NCBI GenBank assembly: GCA_964597355.1
Contig: CAZQWS010000002.1
Location: 34,262 to 98,261, forward strand
DNA: 64,000 bases
Direction: 5' to 3'
Origin: an uncultured Bdellovibrionales bacterium
Lineage (GTDB): Bacteria > Patescibacteriota > Minisyncoccia > Moranbacterales > UBA1568
The position numbers and the translations under genes are program-made. Positions 38,311-49,828 of this stretch are shown in pieces; position 1 is the stretch's first letter; the number at the start of each line of letters is the position of its first letter. The notes beneath the pieces are model-generated. The model was given only the letters and a program-made list of their open reading frames with translations. It was not told the DNA's origin and did no database searches.

Positions 38311-40152
38311 TTATACAGTTGTAGGAGCCGTAGGAGGTGTACCAGCCACTAGAGCGTCAAACTCTTCTTTTTCGAGTGTTTCTTTCGTAAGCAGAGTGTT
38401 GGCAATAGCGTCAAGGATTACTCGTTTTTCAGTCAAGATTTTGGTAGCTCGTTCGAAAGCCTCGCTGATAAGTTTCGAAACTTCGCTATCGATAGCTCGA
38501 GCGGTTTCTTCAGAGTAGTCGCGGTTTTCGTGCATTTCTCGACCGAGGAATACGAGCTCTTCTTTCTTCCCAAAGGTACGGGCACCAAGATTACTCATAC
38601 CATAACGAGTGACCATGCTTCTGGCCATTTGTGTGGCACGTTCTAGGTCACTTGAGGGGCCAGTGGTGAGGTCGCCAAAGACGAGTTTCTCACTGGCATA
38701 CCCGCCAAGAAATACCGCGAGTTCATCAAGGAAATAGTTCTTGGTGTGGAGAGTCTTGTCTTCGCTGGGAACGGCCAAGGTATAGCCACCGGCGTGACCA
38801 CGAGAGATGATCGAGACTTTTTGTACCGGATCAGCGTTCTCAAGACTGGCTCCGACCAAGGCATGGCCACCTTCGTGATAGGCCACCACTTTCTTCTCCT
38901 TTTCGCTAATGGCTCGGCTGCGCCGTTCTGGTCCGAGGATCACTTTTTCTATCGATTCAGCCAGTTCTTGCTGGCCAATCTTTTGTTTGTTACGGCGAGT
39001 GGCAAGAATAGCGCCTTCATTGACGAGATTGGCGAGGTCAGCTCCGGAAAAACCAGGGGTGCGTTCGGCCAAACGGCGGAGATTGACATCAGTGTCCAAG
39101 GGTTTCCCTTTGGTATGGATCTTGAGGATAGCTTCGCGTTCGTTGATATCAGGGAGGTCCATGGTAACGCGACGATCGAAGCGTCCTGGGCGAAGAAGAG
39201 CTGGATCAAGCACATCGGGCCGGTTGGTCGAAGCAATGACAATCACGCTTTGGTCGGTTTCGAAGCCGTCCATCTCGACGAGGATTTGGTTGAGTGTTTG
39301 TTCGCGCTCATCGTGTCCACCACCAAGGCCAGCACCACGATGTCGTCCGACAGCGTCGATTTCATCGATAAAGACAATTGCAGGGGCGTTTTTCTTGGCC
39401 TGTTTGAAGAGGTCGCGTACCCGACTAGCTCCGACACCAACAAACATCTCAACAAACTCTGAGCCGCTAATATTGAAAAAAGGCACGCCAGCTTCGCCAG
39501 CTACGGCCTTAGCCATAAGAGTCTTGCCGGTTCCGGGAGGTCCGAGGAGGAGTACTCCTTTGGGAATTTTGGCGCCCATAGCCAAGAACTTCTTCGGTTG
39601 ACGAAGGAACTCTACTACTTCCATGAGTTCTTGTTTGGTTTCGGCTGCTCCAGCCACATCTTTGAACGTAATACGTTTTTTCTTATCCTTGGGATCAAGC
39701 ATGCGAGCCCGACTTGAACCAAATGAAAGGGCTTGAGCATTACCACGCTGAGCCTGGCGCATCATAAACCAGATAAAAGCCGAGATGAGAATGAAGGGGA
39801 GAAGAAAAGGGAGAATAGCGGCCATCCAGAAACCAAAGCCAGATTCTTTTTTGACAGTTACTGCTACGCTACCGAGTTTGTCTTTCTCAACGCCGTAATT
39901 GGTGAGGGTTTCGGTTAGTGAACTCTCGGATTCTTTACTTGCTTTAGCCTTGCTCCCATCAGTCTTTTCGATATTGAGAGCGTTGCCTTCGACGGTAATG
40001 GTTTTAATTTTACCGGCGTGAATCTCACTGACGAGCTCAGAAAGAGAGATATCAGCTGGCTTTTTCTCAGGTGAAGAGTACAAGATCATGATGCCAGAGA
40101 GCATGAGGAACAAGAACACCACGAGCCCGATATTTTTCATGAATTTGTCCAT
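38311..40152 (-). CDS. ftsH: ATP-dependent zinc metalloprotease FtsH
   Basis: Two TMs, [34 protein letters not shown]. Confidence 0.98.
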   Translation of the reverse strand: MDKFMKNIGLVVFLFLMLSGIMILYSSPEKKPADISLSELVSEIHAGKIKTITVEGNALNIEKTDGSKAKASKESESSLTETLTNYGVEKDKLGSVAVTVKKESGFGFWMAAILPFLLPFILISAFIWFMMRQAQRGNAQALSFGSSRARMLDPKDKKKRITFKDVAGAAETKQELMEVVEFLRQPKKFLAMGAKIPKGVLLLGPPGTGKTLMAKAVAGEAGVPFFNISGSEFVEMFVGVGASRVRDLFKQAKKNAPAIVFIDEIDAVGRHRGAGLGGGHDEREQTLNQILVEMDGFETDQSVIVIASTNRPDVLDPALLRPGRFDRRVTMDLPDINEREAILKIHTKGKPLDTDVNLRRLAERTPGFSGADLANLVNEGAILATRRNKQKIGQQELAESIEKVILGPERRSRAISEKEKKVVAYHEGGHALVGASLENADPVQKVSIISRGHAGGYTLAVPSEDKTLHTKNYFLDELAVFLGGYASEKLVFGDLTTGPSSDLERATQMARSMVTRYGMSNLGARTFGKKEELVFLGREMHENRDYSEETARAIDSEVSKLISEAFERATKILTEKRVILDAIANTLLTKETLEKEEFDALVAGTPPTAPTTV

Positions 40153-40261
40153 AGTTTTATAGAGAATGAAGAATCAAAAGAGCGATTACTTTATTGAACT
40201 GAATGACAAAAGTAAGCTTTAGCCTACCATAAAATTGGGTCTGTATCAACTGTACCTGGCC

Positions 40262-41035
40262 CTACCGTTTTTTTGAAGAGCTGACCGTTTTCCGTCCGAG
40301 AAGAACGACTGTTTCCGAGAGGGTGGCAATAATGTTCGGGTTAAAGGTTTCGAGGAGGGGCAGGAGTTCGTGACGGATACGATTACGCGTAAATCGTTTT
40401 GAGAAGTTGCTTTTATCGATGCGAAAAGGAATATCTTCGTGTTGGATAAAAGCCTCGATTTCGGAACGAGTACAGTGAAGGATCGGTCGGACAATGTGTG
40501 AGTGCGTGCGTTGAAAGGGTGAGAGGCCGAGCGGGCCTGAACCTCGCATGAGATTAAGGAGGAACGTTTCTACTAGGTCATTCATGGTGTGACCGGTGAC
40601 GATCACATGAAATCGAAGTTCTTTGCGTACTTGCTCGAAAAGTTGGTAACGAATATCACGCAAGCTAGCTTCGATATTTTTCGTTGGTTTCTGTTTCGGA
40701 TAAAACACCGAAAGCGGTACGTCGTATGCTTCACATACTTTTTGGACGAGTAGTTCATCACGATCTGAATCGCGACCACGGAGTTCATAATTGATGTGGA
40801 CAACATGCAGAGTAAAAGCGTGTTTCTCTCGCAGTCGAGCGAGGAGTGTGAGGAGAGTCATGCTGTCTGGCCCACCTGAAACAGCCACGACGATTTTACT
40901 CCCCCGAGACAGGAGTTTCTCTTTGGCCAAAGCATTTTGAAACCGCCGAACAAAGGTAAGTCCAGCGTGAGTCTGGGCGAGCTTACGCGGCGAGATGCTT
41001 TTCGATGATTGCTTTAACTTGGGCGATTGCTTCAT
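40262..41035 (-). CDS. tilS: tRNA(Ile)-lysidine synthetase (short, no C-terminal domain)
   Basis: AVSGGPDS, TGH..ND.VET, RP, D.SN....TRNRIRH; start uncertain, overlaps the gmk end. Confidence 0.92.
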   Translation of the reverse strand: MKQSPKLKQSSKSISPRKLAQTHAGLTFVRRFQNALAKEKLLSRGSKIVVAVSGGPDSMTLLTLLARLREKHAFTLHVVHINYELRGRDSDRDELLVQKVCEAYDVPLSVFYPKQKPTKNIEASLRDIRYQLFEQVRKELRFHVIVTGHTMNDLVETFLLNLMRGSGPLGLSPFQRTHSHIVRPILHCTRSEIEAFIQHEDIPFRIDKSNFSKRFTRNRIRHELLPLLETFNPNIIATLSETVVLLGRKTVSSSKKR

Positions 41036-41540
41036 CGAGCTTGCCTTCTTCATTTTCGACTTGGTAGTCATAGATGCTTTTAGGGAGCCATTCACGGATA
41101 TGGGCTAGTCGCGCCTGCACTTCTGTTTCGGGGAGCGGCTCACGAGAACGGATACGCTTCTCGATTATCTCCAGTGGAGTGGTAATCATAATAACAACGA
41201 CTTCGGGGAAGCGCTGCTTAAGGGTGACTGCCCCCTCGAAATCAACTTTCCACACAGCGATTTTGTTTATTTTTTCGAAGCGTTCGAGTTCAGCTTTGGT
41301 TACCCCGTAATAAATTCCAGTGTACTTTTTTACATACTCTGCCAGCGCGTCGTTTTTGATCAACCCTTCAAACTCGGTCGGAGAGACGAAGTAGTACGGA
41401 TGTCCCTGACTTTCATGAGAACGCATCGGACGGCTCACGGTTGTAACGATGCGTTCAATAGGAAGAAGCTTTTGCAATCCTTCGATGACGGAATCCTGAC
41501 CAGAGCCGGATGGACCAAAAATAACAAAACAGTTTTTCAT
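40983..41540 (-). CDS. gmk: Guanylate kinase
   Basis: GPSGSG, TTVSRPMR..E..G..YYFVS, YYG. Confidence 0.88.
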   Translation of the reverse strand: MKNCFVIFGPSGSGQDSVIEGLQKLLPIERIVTTVSRPMRSHESQGHPYYFVSPTEFEGLIKNDALAEYVKKYTGIYYGVTKAELERFEKINKIAVWKVDFEGAVTLKQRFPEVVVIMITTPLEIIEKRIRSREPLPETEVQARLAHIREWLPKSIYDYQVENEEGKLDEAIAQVKAIIEKHLAA

Positions 41541-41584
41541 ATTTGTTTATGAAAGTGCCCCACAAGAAGCGGAGCGTGGCACAA

Positions 41585-42712
41585 TTACTTCTTCACCGGA
41601 ATGAGGCCGAGGCGGTGTGAGCGGGGCTCGATGGAGAGAATTTTCCATTGATAGCTCTTGCCGATCTCGAATACCTCCTCCATTTTGCGAGCAGGATAAA
41701 TCTCAGAGAACTCAGAGACGTGGGCCAAGCCGTGGATGTCTTTATCGAGGTACACGAAGGCACCGAAATGGTTCATCTTGTCGACGAGACCGGATACCAG
41801 GTCGCCAACTTTGTAGCGGTCGCCGACTTTCTCCCACGGATCTTCCTTGAGGGCTTTCATCGAGAGAGAGATACGGGCTTCATCGATACCGATAATCTTG
41901 GCTTCGATCGTGTCGCCAGTCTTTACGATCTCACGTGGATCATCAATGAGTTGCCAGGCGAGCTCTGAAATGTGAACCAAACCTTCGAGCTGTTTGCCTT
42001 TGTTTTCTTCGCCGGTGAGAGCAAATTTGACGAAAGCACCGAAGTCCACTACGCCTGACACTTCACCCTTGATAACATCACCGACATGGAGAAGGTTGAC
42101 GAGAGCTTTTTCCTTTTCGCTCTGGGCGGCTTTTTCAGAAACAATGAGTTTCTCGTTTTCACGATCAGCGTCGAGGATACGAACATTGAGGTTTTCACCG
42201 ATGAGTTTCTTCAAAAGATCGAGGATTTTGTTTTTGTCGCCATCTTCGACACGAGGGTAGTGGTCACCTGAAAGCTGTGATACAGGGAGGAAACCAGAGA
42301 TACCGTTGACTTCAATGAGAAGACCGCCTTTGTTGGCATCCAAGACTTTGGTTGAAACGGGTTCCTTACTCTCGAGTTTGGCTTCGATATCTTCCCAGCT
42401 CTTGTCATGGGAGGCTTCACGGATTGAGAGCTCGATCATACCGTCTTCGTTCTCAAAGCTCATGAGGGTGGCCGTGACTTCGTCGCCGACTTTGAGTTTG
42501 CTCCCGCTACCGAGACCATCGCGCATTTCTTTGCCGAGAACAACACCGGTGCCGAGGGGTCCCAAGTCAACGAGGGCAGAGCTTGAACCGACATGGATTA
42601 CGGTACCGGGGATAACATCGCCGAGTTCTGGGATAGTCTCGAGATGACTCTCATAGAGCTTCTCGAGCTCGGTCATGTTGCTTTTGAGTTTAATTTCTGG
42701 AGTGGCTGACAT
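41585..42712 (-). CDS. rpsA: 30S ribosomal protein S1 (four S1 domains)
   Basis: NKGGL, GFLPVSQL, DFGAFV, EGLVHISEL, SLSMK. Confidence 0.9.
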   Translation of the reverse strand: MSATPEIKLKSNMTELEKLYESHLETIPELGDVIPGTVIHVGSSSALVDLGPLGTGVVLGKEMRDGLGSGSKLKVGDEVTATLMSFENEDGMIELSIREASHDKSWEDIEAKLESKEPVSTKVLDANKGGLLIEVNGISGFLPVSQLSGDHYPRVEDGDKNKILDLLKKLIGENLNVRILDADRENEKLIVSEKAAQSEKEKALVNLLHVGDVIKGEVSGVVDFGAFVKFALTGEENKGKQLEGLVHISELAWQLIDDPREIVKTGDTIEAKIIGIDEARISLSMKALKEDPWEKVGDRYKVGDLVSGLVDKMNHFGAFVYLDKDIHGLAHVSEFSEIYPARKMEEVFEIGKSYQWKILSIEPRSHRLGLIPVKK

Positions 42713-43181
42713 ATATATACATGATTGAAGTGGGGTGACTTCTGGTTAAAAAATTAAAACCCCGTACAAAATATGGGGTGCGAGAGATCAAAAGAGAAGC
42801 TTTTCAGCTTACCTACCGAGATTCAAGCATCCCGTATTCAATTGTCTTAATGAAATTTAAGGTGTTCCCAGTGTAACAGGAGAGAGGAGAAACGTCAATT
42901 CCTGCGGAAGTTCCGAGAAAAAAAACAAGCCCCGCGATGACATATCGTGCAGGGCGATCGATTCCTATAATTCCAGGCTGTCCTGGTATGGAGGACAAGA
43001 ACAAGACAGAGCGGGTCAGCTGGCATAGAGCCTCCAAAACGTCAGTAAAATCACTGACTAATTAAATTAGCATATTTTAGTATAAAGTCAATAGAAAAAT
43101 CTTAAAAATGAGCCTTGATATGAGGGGGAATCCTTGCTAAACTAGGTATATTCAACAGGTTGAGAAGATCGAATTTTTTCT

Positions 43182-43841
43182 ATGAATATCCAGTATTACG
43201 GCGATTATTGCTTTAAAATCACGACGAAGCCAAGTGGTCGGGCTACCGAAGATGTAGTGATCGTAACGGATGTACCTGAAAAAGAGACAGGATTACGTGC
43301 TCCCCAGGGGGAAGTGGACATTGTGCTGCTCTCTCACCAATCAGTAGATACCGAGAAACTCTCGGTGGTTAAGGGCGAACCAATAAAACTCTCAGTTCCT
43401 GGCGAATACTCTGCTAAAGGTATTGCGTTGCTTGGCTTTCCTAACACTCGTGATGGCAAGGATGGCGCCGAGCGTGGACTCAACACAATCTTTCTCTTTG
43501 AAACAGAAGAAATGACGCTTTGCTATCTGGGAGCGCTTGGGGTAGAGCCTGCCCCGAGTGTTATTGAGAAACTATCGGGCGTTGATATACTGTTTGTGCC
43601 GGCGAGTGGGGTAGATACGCTCTCAGTCAACAAAATGGATGAGTTGGTTCGGAAGATTGAACCAAAAGTAGTGATCCCGATGCACTATAAGATCAGTGGT
43701 ATGGCGATGAAACTGCCGGATGTGAAGGCGTTCTGTGATGCGGTGGGAAACTGCCCCAAAGAGGCTCTTTCTAAGTGGAATGTGAAAAAGAAAGATTTGG
43801 AAGGGAAAAATATGGAAGTAGTTTTGTTTGAAAAGAACTGA
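43182..43841 (+). CDS. Metallo-beta-lactamase-fold protein (Lactamase_B_3-like, degenerate His motif)
   Basis: IQYYGDYCFKI, PGEY, VDILFVP, PKVVIPMHY. Confidence 0.75.
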   Translation: MNIQYYGDYCFKITTKPSGRATEDVVIVTDVPEKETGLRAPQGEVDIVLLSHQSVDTEKLSVVKGEPIKLSVPGEYSAKGIALLGFPNTRDGKDGAERGLNTIFLFETEEMTLCYLGALGVEPAPSVIEKLSGVDILFVPASGVDTLSVNKMDELVRKIEPKVVIPMHYKISGMAMKLPDVKAFCDAVGNCPKEALSKWNVKKKDLEGKNMEVVLFEKN

Positions 43842-43870
43842 TCTTTCGATATATAAAAGCCTTTATCATT

Positions 43871-44257
43871 ATGCGCTTTAATCTCGAACAATGGGTTGCC
43901 AAGGTCCAAGCTCAACCAGAGCCGATTCGTATGCGCTATCTCTTTGGTTGTGTAGCCTTTTCTATGCTCTTGGTGGTAGGAGTTTGGTCGCTTTCGGTTT
44001 CAGAAGGATTGCAGTCAATTTCTCAAGAAACGAAGAGCGCTGCCAAAGAAGTGCAGGGCTTGCTTCCTAAGACGGACGGTTTTTCTCTCGATAATCTACT
44101 CTCGGGTGACAAGAGTTTGGAAGAGCGGAAGAGAGAAGTGTCGGGAGAACTCTTTTTCCAAGAGGCGCTTGAGTCGCGAGAGACTCCAAATTTTGAAGAG
44201 GGCTTCTCACCAAAGGCAACCGGAGAAGACAGTACGACAACAGCCCCTACTCGTTAA
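43871..44257 (+). CDS. Single-TM hypothetical protein
   Basis: Fills the gap before gyrA; one hydrophobic helix. Confidence 0.6.
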   Translation: MRFNLEQWVAKVQAQPEPIRMRYLFGCVAFSMLLVVGVWSLSVSEGLQSISQETKSAAKEVQGLLPKTDGFSLDNLLSGDKSLEERKREVSGELFFQEALESRETPNFEEGFSPKATGEDSTTTAPTR

Positions 44258-44269
44258 AGAAATATTTGT

Positions 44270-46720
44270 ATGGCGACCGAATCGACTTTTCATAGCGGCC
44301 GAATTGAAGCCCGCAATATAACGGATGAAGTCAAACAATCGTATCTTGATTACGCAATGTCAGTGATCGTCGGACGTGCGCTTCCGGACGTGCGCGACGG
44401 TTTGAAACCAGTACATCGGCGCATTCTATACTCTATGTGGACGAGTGGCTTGCGTTCAGGCGCCAAATTCCGTAAATCTGCGTCCGTGGTTGGAGATGTA
44501 CTTGCCAAATACCACCCTCATGGTGACACAGCCGTGTATGATACGATGGTGCGTATGGCTCAGGATTTTTCTTTGCGCTATCCTCTTATTTGGGGTCAAG
44601 GAAACTTTGGTTCGATGGACGGTGACAGTGCAGCCGCGTATCGCTATACCGAGGCCAAGCTTAAGGCGATCGCCGAAGAGATGCTCGTCGATATTGAAAA
44701 AAACACCGTAGATTTTATTCCAAACTTTGATGGTATGCACGATGAACCGATCGTCTTACCATCGAAACTTCCGAACTTGCTTTTGAACGGAACAGTCGGT
44801 ATTGCGGTTGGCATGGCTTCCAATATTCCGCCACATAACCTCAATGAAGTAGTCGATGCGATTTGCCACCAGATTGATAATCCAGAGTGTACTCTCGATG
44901 ACCTCCTTCAATGCATCAAAGGTCCAGACTTTCCAACGGGCGGGATTATTTACAATGCGCGTGATATCAAAGAAGCATATGCCACTGGTCGCGGACCAAT
45001 TGTGGCGCGCGCCAAAGCGGAGATCGTAGAAACCAAAGCTGGTACTTTCCAGATTGTCGTGTCGGAAATGACCTATGCTACCAACAAGGCAACGTTAATC
45101 GAGAAGATGGCGGACCTCGTCAAAGAAGATAAGATCCAAGGGATTCGCGATATTCGGGATGAGAGTGACAAGGATGGTGTGCGTCTGGTTATCGAACTCA
45201 AGAAAGACGCCTATCCACAAAAAGTTTTGAATAAACTGTATTCACTGACGGATCTTCAGAAGAACTTCAACGTAAACATGTTGGCGCTCGTTGACGGTGT
45301 TGATCCACAAATTCTCAACCTAAAAACGATTCTCGAACACTATATCACGCATCGCGAGAAAGTAGTGGTGCGGCGCAGTGAGTACGAACTCGAGAAAGCC
45401 AAAGATCGCGCCCATATTTTAGAGGGTTTGAAAATTGCTCTCGATCACATTGATGAGATTATCAAAACGATCAAACAGTCACCGACGAAGGAAGAGGCTC
45501 ACCACAACCTCATGAAGAAGTTCAAGCTCTCAGATCGGCAGGCGACGGCTATTCTCGAAATGCGTCTTCAGACATTGGCTGGATTGGAACGTAAGAAAAT
45601 CGAAGATGAGTTAGCTGAGAAGCTGAAGCTTATTGCCTATCTTGAAGATCTTTTGAAGCATCGCAAGAAGATTCTAACGCTTGTGAAAACAGAACTCCTG
45701 GAAGTGAAGGAAAAATTCGGTGATGAACGGAAGACTCGAGTGGTCAAGGGTGGTATCGGTGAATTTAGCCAAGAAGACCTTATTCCCAATGAAGAAGCGA
45801 TCATTACGCTCACTGATGATGGGTATATCAAACGTATGAATCCTAACACCTATCGGGTTCAAAAGCGCGGTGGGAAGGGGGTTATCGGCGCGACCACCAA
45901 AGAAGAAGACAAGATTGCCAAGATGGTAACGATTGAAACACATGATAGCCTCATGTTCTTTACTGATACTGGCAAAGTGTTTCAGGCACTCGGCTATGAT
46001 ATCCCAGAGTCGTCGCGCACGGCCAAGGGTCAAGCGATTGTAAATTTCTTGCAGCTCGCCCAAGGAGAAAAGATTACTGCGGTGATCGCTCTTGGAAAAA
46101 AGGATGAAGCCAAATTTCTCTTTATGGCGACCACTGATGGTACGGTGAAGAAAACCAAAATTGAGGATTTTGCCAATGTGCGACGCTCAGGACTTATCGC
46201 TATTACTCTTGAGAAGGGTGATACCTTGAACTGGGTACGACCAACTGTAGGCGACAGTGAAGTAATGATTACCACCGAGAAGGGTCAGGCCATTCGCTTC
46301 AAAGAAACCGATGTTCGGGCTATGGGTAGGAATGCCGCTGGTGTACGGGGGATCAAACTCGGGAGCGGGGACAAAGTAGTTGCCATGGATGTAGTGGAAA
46401 AGGGCGGAAAAGATCGTGAACTTCTTATTCTTTCGGAAAATGGTTATGGGAAGCGCAGCGACCTCAAACACTATAAACTTCAAAAGCGCAGTGGTTCAGG
46501 AATTAAAACGATGAATGTAACCCCAAAGACAGGGAAGCTCGTCGGAGCCTACATTACTCGACCCGAGGACAAAGAAGTAGATATGATTGTGACTTCAGAA
46601 AAGGGGATCATTATCCGCGTGCCATTCGCTTCGATTCCACTCCTCTCTCGTGTAACTCAGGGAGTACGGATGATGAAACCTCAATCAGGGGATCGCGTCA
46701 GCGCCTTCACGGTACTGTAA
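44270..46720 (+). CDS. gyrA: DNA gyrase subunit A
   Basis: [32 protein letters not shown], GyrA-box QKRGGKG. Confidence 0.98.
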   Translation: MATESTFHSGRIEARNITDEVKQSYLDYAMSVIVGRALPDVRDGLKPVHRRILYSMWTSGLRSGAKFRKSASVVGDVLAKYHPHGDTAVYDTMVRMAQDFSLRYPLIWGQGNFGSMDGDSAAAYRYTEAKLKAIAEEMLVDIEKNTVDFIPNFDGMHDEPIVLPSKLPNLLLNGTVGIAVGMASNIPPHNLNEVVDAICHQIDNPECTLDDLLQCIKGPDFPTGGIIYNARDIKEAYATGRGPIVARAKAEIVETKAGTFQIVVSEMTYATNKATLIEKMADLVKEDKIQGIRDIRDESDKDGVRLVIELKKDAYPQKVLNKLYSLTDLQKNFNVNMLALVDGVDPQILNLKTILEHYITHREKVVVRRSEYELEKAKDRAHILEGLKIALDHIDEIIKTIKQSPTKEEAHHNLMKKFKLSDRQATAILEMRLQTLAGLERKKIEDELAEKLKLIAYLEDLLKHRKKILTLVKTELLEVKEKFGDERKTRVVKGGIGEFSQEDLIPNEEAIITLTDDGYIKRMNPNTYRVQKRGGKGVIGATTKEEDKIAKMVTIETHDSLMFFTDTGKVFQALGYDIPESSRTAKGQAIVNFLQLAQGEKITAVIALGKKDEAKFLFMATTDGTVKKTKIEDFANVRRSGLIAITLEKGDTLNWVRPTVGDSEVMITTEKGQAIRFKETDVRAMGRNAAGVRGIKLGSGDKVVAMDVVEKGGKDRELLILSENGYGKRSDLKHYKLQKRSGSGIKTMNVTPKTGKLVGAYITRPEDKEVDMIVTSEKGIIIRVPFASIPLLSRVTQGVRMMKPQSGDRVSAFTVL

Positions 46721-46817
46721 AAGGCTAAGAAAGCCGTCCTTCGATGGGCTGATTGACAATAGATAGTAAACTGATTAAAGTCGTTAGTATCTTCCACAAA
46801 CAGCCAAGGAGGCTGCC

Positions 46818-47057
46818 ATGAGTGTTTTCATTGAAGAACCCTGCTTCGTACTCAGTTTTCGCTCCAATGGGCAGTTACTACGGCCAGAAGAGATCTGCAC
46901 CTACGGGTTCGAGAAGAACAATGCCTGTGCTTGCATGGGTGGGCGAGTCCCGGAAGACCAGCAAGGGTGTCATGGGGCTACGTTCACTGCTCACAGCGCA
47001 GACATGGTCATTTCACACCCCATCGACCAATCCGAGCTCGGGCGTGAAGCAGTCTGA
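46818..47057 (+). CDS. Small Cys-rich orphan protein
   Basis: Own promoter TTGACA(46753)-17-TAAAGT; SD AAGGAGG; downstream hairpin. Confidence 0.5.
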   Translation: MSVFIEEPCFVLSFRSNGQLLRPEEICTYGFEKNNACACMGGRVPEDQQGCHGATFTAHSADMVISHPIDQSELGREAV

Positions 47058-47246
47058 ATACTGGTGGCTGACTGGCTCATGACGGAATCTCGTCACCCTC
47101 GAGACATGCAACCGCATGTCTCGAATCATTTCCAGTCTCTCTTGCAGAGAAACAGAAAGCGTGTTAGATTGCGATTACTAATTTTTTATACTTGTAGAGT
47201 GCTCTTTGGTTCACTTTGAACGAGGGAGTCGCTGACAAATAAGGCT

Positions 47247-47513
47247 ATGGCCCTCTCACACAAGCAGAAGGAAAAGGTAACTGGCGACGTGAAGCGACAC
47301 GACAAGGACACTGGTTCTCCCGAGTATCAGGTAGCACTTTTCACAGCTCAGATCAAGCGACTTACTGCCCACCTCAAGGAGAACAGCAAAGATTTTCATT
47401 CCCGCCGCGGGCTCCTCAAAATGGTATCGAAGCGCAAACACCTCCTCCAATACCTCCAGAAGGTTAATGAGAAAGCCTATAAGGCACTCGTGAAGAAACT
47501 TGGACTGAAATAG
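47247..47513 (+). CDS. rpsO: 30S ribosomal protein S15
   Basis: DTGSPEYQVA, KDFHSRRGLLKMV. Confidence 0.98.
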   Translation: MALSHKQKEKVTGDVKRHDKDTGSPEYQVALFTAQIKRLTAHLKENSKDFHSRRGLLKMVSKRKHLLQYLQKVNEKAYKALVKKLGLK

Positions 47514-47744
47514 CTAGTGAAGGTTATCGCCACCCCTAAAGTGGCGAAACTTTTTTGGACAGTGTATAACAAAGTTAGTTTGGACTATGGTTCCCCGCCA
47601 CAGTTCCGAAAAATATTTCAGTCAGCAGAGCATTATTTTCATGGTATCGCCTGCGGCTCGGTTTTGGGGAAGTTTAATTTTTTTAAGAACGAACTGAAGC
47701 GGGATGCTCATAAATGTAGCTACTCGTTTCACTCGTAGACATTT

Positions 47745-48242
47745 ATGGCACATTTTGCCGATCAACGCGTCGGGGTACTCGTCGACATTCAGAACTTGTA
47801 CTACAGCGCCCGTGTTTTGTACGGAAAGAAAGTAAATTTTAAGTCAGTGCTTGATGTAGCGGTAGGGGAACGGAAACTGATCCGCGCCTTGGCCTATGGC
47901 ATCAAGACGACGGAAGGCATGGAAGAGAAATTCTTTGAAGCTCTCGTCAAAAGTGGCTACGACGTAAAGACCAAAGATCTCCAAATCTTCCCAGATGGTT
48001 CACGGAAAGGCGATTGGGACGTAGGGATTGCGATTGACGCGATTAAAATGGGAACGAAATTGGATGTGATTGTACTCGTTTCGGGTGATGGTGATTACGT
48101 CCATCTCGTCGAGTATCTCCAGAATACGTTTGGGTGTCGCGTGGAAGTAGTGGCTTTTGCTGAATCTTCCTCAGCCAAGCTCATCGAGAAAGCTGATGAT
48201 TTTCTCAATCTTTCCGAGAACAAACGCCGTTTCCTAATCTAA
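47745..48242 (+). CDS. NYN/LabA (PIN-like) domain protein
   Basis: VDIQNLY, KGDWDVGIAID, LVSGDGDY, ADDF. Confidence 0.92.
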   Translation: MAHFADQRVGVLVDIQNLYYSARVLYGKKVNFKSVLDVAVGERKLIRALAYGIKTTEGMEEKFFEALVKSGYDVKTKDLQIFPDGSRKGDWDVGIAIDAIKMGTKLDVIVLVSGDGDYVHLVEYLQNTFGCRVEVVAFAESSSAKLIEKADDFLNLSENKRRFLI

Positions 48243-48344
48243 CGTTCGAATGTATTGAAATGAAGCCCGAGGATTACTCGGGTTTTATTGTGAGAAAAAG
48301 CAAAAACGCCTTGGGGAAGGCGTTTCGTAGGGGTGACGCGTTGG

Positions 48345-48800
48345 TCACTCGATGTCATCCGAGAAGCTTTTGACTCCTATGAGACGGTAGCCGTTCGGTT
48401 CGAGGACTCGTTCAATCTGGACTCCCGTGAGCACATGTTGTTCAAAAGTCTTGCGGAGTTTTGCGACCACACCCATTACTTTGGTGGTAGTGATGCTTCT
48501 TAACCCATAAGTATTCTGGGCAAGCGTCAGGATATCGACTACCTTTTCACGGTCTGCATGGAGCCGTCTCAAAATGGCTCGTTCCAAAGGTTGTAGGCTA
48601 ATCGCCGTGCCGTTGATGTGTACTTGGAGGGGATCAGGCCGAGCAGAAATCTGGAGGCCTTGCCTCGGACGACGTTTGGTCGGCGGCGAGGCAGGCGTAG
48701 CGCTTGGCCAAATGGGCTGTTGAGGGAGAATACCCGGTCGCTGCCCTTGGAGCGTAGGAGCGCGGATGACCTTGGGTACCTTGAGTTCTCTTGAAGACAT
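48345..48800 (-). CDS. OmpR/PhoB-type winged-helix protein without receiver domain
   Basis: L.PLE..IL..L, V...LRK, I.RV...GYRL; Pro-rich N-terminus; SD AAAGGGG. Confidence 0.6.
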   Translation of the reverse strand: MSSRELKVPKVIRAPTLQGQRPGILPQQPIWPSATPASPPTKRRPRQGLQISARPDPLQVHINGTAISLQPLERAILRRLHADREKVVDILTLAQNTYGLRSITTTKVMGVVAKLRKTFEQHVLTGVQIERVLEPNGYRLIGVKSFSDDIE

Positions 48801-49011
48801 GGAGTGCCCCTTTCTGGAGTTTGGAGTGAGAATAAGACTTGGGAAAGAACGGTGTTGCTCAGTGGCTTAGAGCGTATCAGAAAAAAAGAAGTGAATCAAG
48901 TGTCATTTTGACAAAAACCATCACTGAGGAGTAGGCTCATGGCAACGCCTGAAAAGGCTTAGCTGTTTAAAATCAGAATATGGATCTTCTTTACTTTGTT
49001 AGGAGCATGCC

Positions 49012-49719
49012 ATGGGTAAGAAAAATGTTCCTGTTGCAGAGATGTCTGATGATGCGCTCTTGGCTTTCTATGCAGGCTTAGTGAAAAAGATTGCCAGAAA
49101 ATTGATGAGGAAACTACCAACAAACATCGAACTGGATGATCTCGTCCAAGAAGGGATGATCGCTCTCTGGGAGGCCCAGAAACGATTTGATCCTGACCAA
49201 GGAGTTATGTTTGAGACCTTCGCGAGCCGACGTATACAAGGAACCATGCTGGATTACTTGAGGAGAGAAAATCTCCTTTCAGGATGTAATTTCCGCAAGA
49301 TGAGAAAGCTTAACCGGACCATCAATGGGGCGGAGCATATTAATCGGGGGGAGTTGGCCCGTGCTCTTGGGCTTTCCTTTCCTGACTTGGAAGAGATCCT
49401 CATATTTAGAAATCTTCAAGTCATGAGTGGCGAAGAGACGTCGGAAGACAAAGATGAGGGCGCATTGTTTGACAAGCTACCGAGTCCATATGGAGATCCT
49501 GTTGAAGTGATCGAACTCCATGAATTGATAGAACGGATTGAGTTAGCCTTGAAACGTCATGCGCGGCTTGCTAAAAGCGAACGGATATACGCGATTTTCC
49601 AACACCACTTGGAGGGCGAGTCATGGAGTGAGATAGCTCATATCATTGGTGTGAGTAAAGCACGCATGTTCCAAATAGTGGCAGGGATTAGAAATGCTGC
49701 CATGGTGAGCCCTCGATAA
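49012..49719 (+). CDS. Alternative sigma70-family factor (FliA/WhiG-like)
   Basis: DDLVQEGMIALWEA..RFDP..GV.FETFA..RI.G.MLDYLR; region 4 SEIAHIIGVSKARMFQI. Confidence 0.85.
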   Translation: MGKKNVPVAEMSDDALLAFYAGLVKKIARKLMRKLPTNIELDDLVQEGMIALWEAQKRFDPDQGVMFETFASRRIQGTMLDYLRRENLLSGCNFRKMRKLNRTINGAEHINRGELARALGLSFPDLEEILIFRNLQVMSGEETSEDKDEGALFDKLPSPYGDPVEVIELHELIERIELALKRHARLAKSERIYAIFQHHLEGESWSEIAHIIGVSKARMFQIVAGIRNAAMVSPR

Positions 49720-49828
49720 GAGAAGTCGATAAGTTTAAGGCATTGGTTTCCAAAGAGAGACCAATGCTGTTTTCTTTTGACAAAACACGAAAAATGGGAT
49801 AGAGTGCAGCCATAATTCTTTTACATTT

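Noticed and set aside
40262-41095. tilS as a truncated pseudogene or a gmk frameshift fusion
   Set aside because: Catalytic motifs are intact and short TilS forms are known; the overlap is explained by a start codon inside the gmk 3' end.
46822-47082. Alternative-frame 86-aa ORF
   Set aside because: The SD AAGGAGG is better spaced for ATG 46818.
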